A DNA stretch of 63,982 nt, the filler included, from Craspedostauros australis (taxonomy: Eukaryota), in NCBI GenBank assembly GCA_030167865.1. It is 5 parts of 5 records of this genome, joined end to end, with 100 filler letters (N's around TTAATTAATTAA, not from the genome) between each part and the next. Parts side by side here need not be neighbours in the genome. Positions count along the whole stretch, not along the records: positions 55,534 to 59,821 come from JALAGF010001953.1; positions 59,922 to 62,620 come from JALAGF010001954.1; positions 62,721 to 63,982 come from JALAGF010001970.1; 2 more parts are not named here. One strand, given 5' to 3'. The stretch's first letter is position 1. The number at the start of each line of letters is the position of its first letter. Under the pieces are notes generated by a model, which did not search any database, was not told the DNA's origin, and saw only the letters and a program-made list of their open reading frames with translations. Shown here piece after piece: positions 55,534 to 63,982 of the stretch. The position numbers and the translations under genes are program-made.

Positions 55534-56964
55534 AGTCGGACATCCTCTTTGCCTCAGGGGAACTCATGGGGTACGGATCCCTCCGCTCCAATGGCGACGG
55601 TGATTGCGATGATGATGTCATGATGGAGTTGGTAGTACACGCAGAGTATGATATGGTATGATATGGTGCGATCGTGTGATATGATCGTGTGATACGATCA
55701 GGAAGACAGGAAAAATGACTGTTCCCACTGGAGAGCAAGTTGAATGACCCGTGTCTCAACGCTTGCGCTCAATGTTAAGATTCGTCGGCTCTCGACGATC
55801 GTGGCTCCTATTGTCGCTTCCCTCCAATCCTTGCTGTTGTCACAATCGGTTCCTCTCTTCTGTGAAGCGCAGGTCCCACGCTTTCGTTCTTCCAATGGAC
55901 CTCAGGTGGTCTCCTCGTGCGAGTCCGGTTGCAAGGTGCGAACCGATGTTGGCTTGGGAGTTGTGCCTGATTGGTTCGTGCGGTGGTGGTGGACACAAAG
56001 CCATCATTGTGACGTGCCGAAGCCACGGTTTCGCGTTGGCGGTGGAAAGAGGAAAACAGATGGGCGTTGGATCGAAACAGGTCACGAATTGACATTGTTC
56101 GTGATCGAATTGAGATACAAGACTGGGTATGGTCTGATGAGTCGATCAGAGTTGTGTCGCAGCGGAACATGGTGACGCACCATTCTGTCTTTGGCGCGTC
56201 GCGAGATTGTTGGTTGGTCCAATTTACTATCTCATCGCAGTTTTTTGTATCAAACACAATTCGCCTGTTTGCAAATCGGCAATGGCGCATTCCCGAACCG
56301 GTAAACGCAATTACCGGCGGGGGTGGGTGTGATGTCGATGTTGAGGGCGCTTCCCGCCGTTGCCGCAATCTGTTCCACTTCTGGCGCCCACAAACAGGCA
56401 AGGGAAGCGAGAAAGACATCGACAGCCGCAGAACACAAGCGCAAACATCCCATCCGATTCTTGTGCTCTCTCTCTCACACTCTCTCACTCTGGCTTGGGT
56501 GAATTGAGTTGAGTTGAAGGGCGAGTGATCGCTCACACGAAACCAATCGAGTTGGGTTGCGGCAACTGAGAGCGGATGGTTTCCTGGGGTCGTGATCTTG
56601 TGCGTCCTCGTCTCCGTTCATTCACAACAAAAGAAGACAAACGACTGGATCGTACCACACAACTACGAGCTATTGTATCATAGAATAGATCATATTATTA
56701 CGTGCACAATACGAATAGAGAGTGCAAGTACATAATCAGGCAAGCAGTTCCACTCCGAGTGCACTCCGTTTGCGGAGCCGCGCAGAGAAACAAGCACATC
56801 GCGCTATTAGTATTGCCCACACTCAGGCTCACACCCGTACTTGCACGATCTCTCAGTACATCACACAATCTCACATTCTGGAGAGAAGAGGAGAGCAGCG
56901 CCCTCGTCCAAGTGGAGCACTGCCACAGCATATCATCCCCGCACAACAATCCACAATCATCGAG

Positions 56965-58800
56965 ATGAAGCGCGCCTTGGAAGAGGTCAACCATGGCGAT
57001 GGAGGCCTTCTGCGATCGAAGCCGATGCCTGCATTAGCGTCCACGTCCACATCCCCGTCTTTATCGATGTCGATATCGATGTCTGTGCCAGCAGATGATG
57101 GAAACAGCGTCGCCAGCACCACCAGCAACAGCAGTCATGTTCCGGTAGATCCAGTGCTGTCCAACACAACTGCCAACCCCGCAGAAGCCAACGACCAGCA
57201 GGCTACCAACGAGCATGCTAACTACAAGCAGGCTGAGCGCAGTTGCAGTTACCAACATGAATACGAATACGAACATGAATTGGAGTCTTCCATGCCAAAA
57301 ATGGTGTCACCGTCTTCTTCGGCGTCGCCGTCGCCCTGCATCAGCATCTTCCAATTCCCACCTTCTTTCTGTCCTTCCTCAACGGATGACTATAGAAACC
57401 ACCAGCACTCTTCCACGGAGGGTTCCGACGCTGAGTCTGGCAGGGATGATGCAAGTCGAGAGACTCTGCTGGCAGCGTACTACAAGCACACGGGCACCCG
57501 CGGGCAGCGCACGGGCCAACGGCGCAAGCGTCAGCGCAATGACGAGCAAATGATGGACGGCGAGCAGCTGCTGGCCAATGAGCTCAATGAACTGTCGTTG
57601 GATGAGCGTGAGAAGGTCTACGACGAGATCCACGGCGTCAGCGAGGCGGTGGAGGAGACTGAGGAACTCGTGGAGACCAGGATGGCCGAGTTGGAGCGAC
57701 AAATCACGACCATCCACAAGAAGGATGCCTACAGCAAGGTGGCTTTCTTGTCGCCGCGAGCGGTGCAGGATCGCCGTCTGCGACTCAAGGTGCTGCGCAA
57801 GACGAAGTGGGTTCCGAGGGAAGCCGCCAAGCTCATCGTCAAGTACTTCGAGGCCAAGACGAACATCTACGGCGCAGAGAAGGCCGCTCAGCCCGTTCGG
57901 TACCAAGATCTGCCGAGCGATGCCAGACGGTCGTTGGAGTGCGGCGCGATCATTCGCCATGACAACTGCGTCGATCTGTCCGGACGAAGCATCCTCATTT
58001 TCAATTTCACCCGATTCTTCTTCAAGTCGGGGCTCTCCCTGGTCCAGGCCTTGTGGTACATGAACACCAACTCGCCGCAACAGCTGACGCAGACGGGGCA
58101 GAAAGGATTGGTGCTCATCCTCAATACAGTGGGGGCCACGACTGCGGACGTGATGCAAAAGATGAAGCAGACCAAATCCATCAAGGAGCTGGGGATCTCG
58201 GACGCTCTTCCTGTCAAGCTATCGAGCCTGCATATCTGTTGCGAGAACAACGGCATGAAACCGCTGGCCAATGTCATGCTCGTGGCCTTGCCCAAAGAGA
58301 TGAGGCTTCGGACTAAGATTCATTTCGGCTCCCACATCGAGTGTCTGTACGAATTGCGATCGTACGGCATCCCCACCAAGCTGCTGCAGCTGGATCTGGA
58401 TGGCAATCCTGATCAGGACAAGATGATGGCCTATCTGCAGCGCACGCAAGACGTGGAGGCCGCGTTCTACAAGGAGTACGAGGAGGCCCTCCCGTCGCAA
58501 GATTGCATCCACTTTCCATCGGCAAAGGACGTTGTACTGGGACGTGGTTGGCCATTCCAGTCGCACACGGGCAACATCCGGTTCATGGAGTTCCTGGAAT
58601 CGCGCAAGTCAGAATACGATGCCATATCGAGCCGTTCCGACAAGACTTCCTTCTCCACAGCCCGCGTGCAGGAACTCAAGGACCAAGGTGTGCGGTTCCT
58701 GAAGCGTGATGATGGCACTGGTCTGTTCTGGACGCAAGTCACCAACACCGCCGCCCGTCAAAAGATCGCCATGAGTTTGCGCAACCTCTCCAGGAGATAG
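56965..58800 (+). CDS. CRAL-TRIO-like lipid-binding domain plus C-terminal DUF6824 domain protein
   Basis: ATG at 56965. ELNELSLDEREKVYDEIHGV, then LRLKVLR...AAKLIVKYF, DLSGRSIL, LPVKLSSLHIC and RTKIHFGS (CRAL-TRIO-like). DVVLGRG...HTGNIRF...GVRFLKR...RQKIAMSLR matches DUF6824. Confidence 0.85.
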   Translation: MKRALEEVNHGDGGLLRSKPMPALASTSTSPSLSMSISMSVPADDGNSVASTTSNSSHVPVDPVLSNTTANPAEANDQQATNEHANYKQAERSCSYQHEYEYEHELESSMPKMVSPSSSASPSPCISIFQFPPSFCPSSTDDYRNHQHSSTEGSDAESGRDDASRETLLAAYYKHTGTRGQRTGQRRKRQRNDEQMMDGEQLLANELNELSLDEREKVYDEIHGVSEAVEETEELVETRMAELERQITTIHKKDAYSKVAFLSPRAVQDRRLRLKVLRKTKWVPREAAKLIVKYFEAKTNIYGAEKAAQPVRYQDLPSDARRSLECGAIIRHDNCVDLSGRSILIFNFTRFFFKSGLSLVQALWYMNTNSPQQLTQTGQKGLVLILNTVGATTADVMQKMKQTKSIKELGISDALPVKLSSLHICCENNGMKPLANVMLVALPKEMRLRTKIHFGSHIECLYELRSYGIPTKLLQLDLDGNPDQDKMMAYLQRTQDVEAAFYKEYEEALPSQDCIHFPSAKDVVLGRGWPFQSHTGNIRFMEFLESRKSEYDAISSRSDKTSFSTARVQELKDQGVRFLKRDDGTGLFWTQVTNTAARQKIAMSLRNLSRR

Positions 58801-59628
58801 CGCGCATATGTGAGAGCGTGTCAGATGGATGTGGCTCGCGCACGGGTTCGATCTGCATGCGTGGGATGATCGGAGATCCGATGGTGATTGTCGTCTTGCC
58901 AATGAATGGAACAAGATGCATGAACGGTGAAGATGAACGGAGTCTTCCACCATTCGGAACAGCGGAGGCTGAGATCCTGCTGCGAACTCGTGCTTCACTG
59001 TTTCCATGCTATGCAATACCACACTACTGTTATTACAGCGTGAGATGCAAGCGAGGCGTCCACAAAGATGATGAAGCGAGATGGCATTCATTTTAATTTT
59101 AAGGTTGCTGGCATTTGATTGAAAGACAGTTGCATTGCAAGAGTGGCACTATCCACACCAATAACAATGAGACATGCTACATCTTGGTTCCAGTTACTGG
59201 AGCATGTTTGGTGACATTGACTTTTGCGGCACGATGTCGACGACAGATTATATGGGTATCACACATATGGCAAGTAATGTTGTCATCGTGCGTGGAGATG
59301 GAGCGCAGCGATTGCTATCATCCGCGATTTCAAATTCCAGCAGAATGGCGTGTTGGTTTAATTCACTGTTTACATGTAAAGTGGTATTACCCTTATCCTG
59401 TCACATGTTCGTGTACACCGCTGATTTGCAGTGTTCGTTGTTGTTTTCACATTGCTGTTGAATACATATAATGGATTTGATTGCGTCCGTGGGTTGGTTC
59501 ATGCTACGTTCTCGCAATCGTTGAAGTTTCAAAATGGCTGCGGCATTCGGCCGGTCGTCATGGTAGACGACCTGCCTGATGCACTGCAGATGATGATGAT
59601 GTCGATGATGGCGTTCAGCGCAAAGCGC

Positions 59629-59821
59629 TTACTTCTGCACACCCATCTCTTCATCGCTCTCGCCAACGCTGTCGTTCTCAGCCTGGTTCAGCTTGTCCAT
59701 GGCAGCAGTCTCCATGCGAAGGGCAGACTCAAAGACCGAGGCATCCTCCTCGTTGCTGCAGGCGTTGATCTCCTCACGGAGTCCCTTGATGTTAGACAGG
59801 ATGCGCTCGCGACGGACGGAG
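59629..59821 (-). CDS. 3' fragment of a gene truncated by the gap
   Basis: The frame is open from the gap: SVRRERILSNIKGLREEINACSNEEDASVFESALRMETAAMDKLNQAENDSVGESDEEMGVQK*. Codon usage looks coding and the sequence is coiled-coil-like. Confidence 0.55.
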
Positions 59822-59921
59822 NNNNNNNNNNNNNNNNNNNNNNNNNNNNNNNNNNNNNNNNNNNNTTAATTAATTAANNNNNNNNNNNNNNNNNNNNNNN
59901 NNNNNNNNNNNNNNNNNNNNN
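59822..59921. other. Assembly gap with artificial TTAATTAATTAA linker
   Basis: N44-linker-N44. Confidence 0.95.
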
Positions 59922-62620
59922 ACTACAGCGCATGGGAGTCCCAAGCGAAGGCATACGCTCGTGCACAGAAGACGAGAGACGTGATGTTGGGCAAGACCAA
60001 GGTGCTAACAGTGAGCGAGATCGCGGCAGCCACCGATGAAGACAAGGAAGCGATGGAGGAGATCTACGAGCTGGGATGCGACTGCTTCAGCGATCTGATC
60101 CTCATGATGGATGCAGAGAAAGGAAAAGGCAAGCAGGCCATCCAGTACATCAACCAGTGCGTCTCCAACGACTACCCCGAAGGAGACGCACACGCAGCGT
60201 GGAACGTTCTCGCGGAGAAGTTCCGACCATCTGACGCGGCGACGAAGATCAAACTCAAGCGCCAGTTCAACAACGAAAAGATGAAGAAAGACTCGGACCC
60301 CGACATCTACATCACACGACTCGAAGGTTTACGATCGCGTCTCCACGATGTCAAGTACGAGATCACGGACGAGGAGATGATCATGCAGATCCTCAGCACG
60401 GTGAGCGTGGAATACAGAACTCACATCGTGAACTTCCAACACCAACTCACATTCAATCCGGAACTGGTCACCATCAACACGATCAAAGGAGTACTCCGCA
60501 CAGCATACGCCACGCACAGAGGACGCAAGGCATACGTGGACGACTTCCAAGACAGCAACACGAAGAGCAACGACACCGGCTTCACAAGCACCGGTAACTT
60601 CAAGGGTACTTGTCACAACTGTGGCGTGTATGGCCATAGATCCGCCGATTGCCCAGAACGCAAGAAACCGAACAACAAGAAAAACAACAACAACAACAAC
60701 AACAACAAGATGAACGGAAAGCGCAACAACAACCGCAACAAAGGAAGCGGCTTCAACAGGAAGTGCAACTACTGTGGCATCTTTGGACACTGCGAGGCGG
60801 AGTGCCGAAAGAAGAAGTTCAACGAGAAGAAGAAGGCCAACAAACAGGCCAACACAGCAATGGAAGGACACAACAAGAGCGGGCACGAGATGGTACTCTC
60901 GGCAAAGGACATGCTGCTCTGCATGTTGGTGTCCGACGACTACATCAAAGACTCCTTCTTCGATAACTTCGAGTACGTCGGGAGTGACGACGAAGTGCAG
61001 GACGATGAGATCGTCCCGGAGTGGCTCAACGAGGAGCCAATCATCCACGAGGTGGATCCAAGACGCGAAGTGAGCTACGAATGCTGCTTCAACGCAAACG
61101 ACCTGATTGGTTCATACAGCGACGAAGCTGAGATGGACGACGAGGCCAACGATAGCGACATCGAAGAGGCCATGAGTGAAGAGGCCGACGACGAGATCAA
61201 CGAGAATGATAGAGGCCAAGACGAAACGAACGGCGGCGCAGCGCCGCCCCCTCCAGCGGCGGGGAACAATAGATCGGGTATCTTCGACGAAGATGACAGC
61301 GACGAAACGGAGAACCATCCGGACGACAGCTTCAATCCAAACGAGCGTGTCGTCTATCCGACAGGGATCCAATTCCCACCAGTAGGGAATCCCAACGACT
61401 CGAACTACCTCCATCGTCATGACACCATTCCGTATGGAACGGAAACAGCATTGGTGATCCAGAAGCAACTCATCTTCGATGCTGTGATGGAAGCAGGGGT
61501 GAAATTGTTCCCAGGGGTCGCATAAGGAGTGCTGAGACCAATATGGGTGAACATGATGGGATCCATCCTATCCGAGAACTTCAGATCAATCGGAGAGATT
61601 CTTGCCAACTCGGTTGTGATCAATCGCATACTGGAAGCAGCTGAGACAGAAACGATTCCGGAGACGGATCTGCATTACATCCTTGGAGGATGCATGCGTG
61701 TGCTCTTACGCGAACGACCACGCGTCCACCCATACGATCCAGCCACAGGATCACATCGAAACAGCACGATTCCATCGGACTACGCACAACTACCCGACGA
61801 CATGGATGACGGAGACCATCATCATCCATACAACGAAGATGGAGTCCACAAAGACGACGACGACGACGGCAGCTTCGACGACGAGATAGCTGCAGCAGCA
61901 GTGGAGCAGCTCCACAAGCTGAGCACCAAGCATAAGGACAAGGTCAACAAGGACACCTGGCTCGCCGACAGCGGAGCTTCGTGTCACATCGTCAATTCAG
62001 ACGCCGCTCTCTTCAACGTGCGGCACATCAAGTCCTTCGTCCAAGTGGGAGACAGCACGAANCTGGACTCTCCCAAAATGGGATCCATTCGCTTGAAGGT
62101 CAAGCAGCGAGACAACACTGGCCACATCATCCGGCTCGATGATGTGAAGTACACACCGAAAATGGGGGTGAACCTTTTCTCCACGAACAAGGCTCTGTAC
62201 AACGGTTACCAGCTCGGCAACAACGGCATTCTGATGGACATCATCAACGGATCCGGAACAAAGATCGTGTTCGATCAAGTCTTCCCCACATCGAACGGAT
62301 TCATCACGGGAGTGCAGATGCATCCCATCATGCCAACAGACGACGACAAGGCTTGCACAGCCATCGTCAAGAATCCATCCAAGGAGATCAGCGCGGTGAA
62401 CCTGCACCGAATGCTCGGCCATGCGCCACTCGAGACCATGAAGCGGACGGCCGCTCAGTATGGATGGAAGATCATCGGCGAGATGCCGGTATGTCGCGAC
62501 TGCGCGGTCGCGAACGCAAGAGTGAAGAATATTCCAAAGACAACCATTCCGAGAGCAACTCGCCGTGGCGAACGGCTCTTCATTGACATTAGTTACACTA
62601 AACACATAAGCTTCGGAGAT
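59922..62620 (+). mobile_element. Ty1/Copia LTR retrotransposon gag-pol fragment, truncated by gaps at both ends
   Basis: Copia gag (YSAW..., AWNVLAEKF, DPDIYITRLE) and two CCHC knuckles (CHNCGVYGHRSADC, CNYCGIFGHCEAEC). Then protease WLADSGAS...H, integrase zinc finger LHRMLGH...CRDC and the start of the integrase core LFIDI. In-frame TAA at 61523-61525. Confidence 0.92.
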
Positions 62621-62720
62621 NNNNNNNNNNNNNNNNNNNNNNNNNNNNNNNNNNNNNNNNNNNNTTAATTAATTAANNNNNNNNNNNNNNNNNNNNNNNN
62701 NNNNNNNNNNNNNNNNNNNN
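62621..62720. other. Assembly gap with artificial TTAATTAATTAA linker
   Basis: N44-linker-N44. Confidence 0.95.
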
Positions 62721-62877
62721 TTTGTTTGTTGTGCGGAGTGATCACTTGTCTGCCCATTCATTTGTGTTCGTTTGTGTTGGTTTGTTCGTGTGTTTGGGAG
62801 CGGCGACAGTTTGGAATGGATTTTGTGGATGGAATTGTAGATCGTACGATGCTCATGCTGTTTGACATTTGAGCCAC

Positions 62878-62934
62878 NNNNNNNNNNNNNNNNNNNNNNN
62901 NNNNNNNNNNNNNNNNNNNNNNNNNNNNNNNNNN
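62878..62934. other. Assembly gap (57 N, no linker)
   Basis: Run of N. Confidence 0.95.
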
Positions 62935-63982
62935 CCAGAGGAGCAACATCAATTAGAGCACAATGATCAATGAGTGGCATTGATGTAGGTGATGACAAAT
63001 CAAACTGGAACAAGTGATTGTTGCCAAATACTCTGCTGATTTGTTGGTTGCAGCCAACAGAACTCAGTTGGGTGTTCTCTGTTATGTACCCTGTGAGCTC
63101 TGCAGGCTCTGCAGCTGTGACCTGTGGGCTCTGCTCTCTGCCAAATGATGCAGAGTGATCTGTTGATCGTTTTGAGATACTTTGCTGCATGTACTATGCT
63201 CTTTGTTGGGTACTCTGGTGTTGGGGATTTGTAGTTTCTTGATTGTTGCCAATTACTTTGCAGTATATTTGATGCTTGGTCCTTTTCTGCTGCTGGTTGC
63301 CTCCTGTTGGATCTTCTTTGTGGATTTGGTTGTGGTTGGATGCTCCTCATTCTGAATGTTCTCCATTGTTTCACTACTGGTTGCCAAACATCATGTAGTG
63401 GTGCTCAATACTAACCCAGAAGTAGCTGGTTGAAGCCAGATACTCTTCTTGATATTGAGCCGTGTATGAATTCATTGGCTGTGGTTGGAAGCCCTTTTGC
63501 TTCTTCTGGAAACTTCCTACGACTTGTTGATCAATGACAATATTCCCGGATCTTGCTGAATGCAGTCTTATCATCAGTTGGTTGCTTCAGGAAGCAGTCT
63601 GCGCTCTGCATTCTGTGTGGCACCGGTGACTAGTATGTGTGTTGGCGTCAGCCGGATGTTGCCTTTCATGCTTTCGACGGGATGTGGTGCTCTCCGTCTG
63701 TTGCGACATACACTGATGAGATCTGTACTATATGCTGTGCTCTCTGCCCAGCAGTTGCTTCCAGCCAGATGCTCTGCTATTGACCATCAGCCGAATATAC
63801 AACTTCTGAAGACTACTGTGATGTTCATTCCACAGGCTCAAGGCTCAGCCATCCACAAGGCTCTGAATGCACCAACTCACTGAGCATTGTCCTTGCCACT
63901 GTGATGTCAGTGTTGTTGAGGCTGCTGTTGTCCTGATTCACAGCATTTGCAGCTCGTTGTGCATTGCCAACTGCTTTTCACT

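Noticed and set aside
55534..55700. Possible gene start on the minus strand (MTSSSQSPSPLERRDPYPMSSPEAKRMSD) with upstream GATAT/GTGAT-type short repeats
   Set aside because: Only 29 codons before the gap, which is too little to call.
58840..58865. GGTTCGATC tRNA T-loop-like motif
   Set aside because: The flanks do not pair into a T stem and no cloverleaf forms.
1..63982. CRISPR arrays, rRNA or prokaryotic defence operons
   Set aside because: No regularly spaced repeat-spacer array or rRNA-like sequence was seen. The DNA is intron-containing eukaryotic sequence.

Overview
Eukaryotic nuclear DNA, most likely a pennate diatom. The evidence is GC-rich coding regions, GT-AG introns and diatom-typical families: a cyclase-PDE fusion, DUF6824 and an AAA/STAND-TPR protein. 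The window is broken by four artificial 100-bp N/TTAATTAATTAA linkers and one plain N gap, so adjacency across those gaps is unproven. About 16 protein genes are supported, four of them spliced models rebuilt by hand. These include a tandem pair of signal-bearing FAD-dependent oxidoreductases, a receptor nucleotide cyclase-phosphodiesterase, a membrane-anchored PP2C, a probable mitochondrial ATPase inhibitor (IF1-like), a polyQ STAND NTPase and a CRAL-TRIO-like/DUF6824 protein. Mobile DNA comprises a 2.15-kb non-autonomous element with perfect 31-bp TIRs and a 3-bp TSD, and a Ty1/Copia gag-pol fragment with an in-frame stop. The most striking candidate is a 1666-aa protein (18560-23560). It joins an N-terminal membrane HExxH (M50/site-2-protease-like) module to an internal, blocked Ntn glutamine amidotransferase, GlmS-like SIS domains split by two TM helices, and two EF-hands. 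It may be a self-activating, Ca2+-regulated membrane enzyme or sensor. All family calls come from reading motifs by eye; no database search was run.
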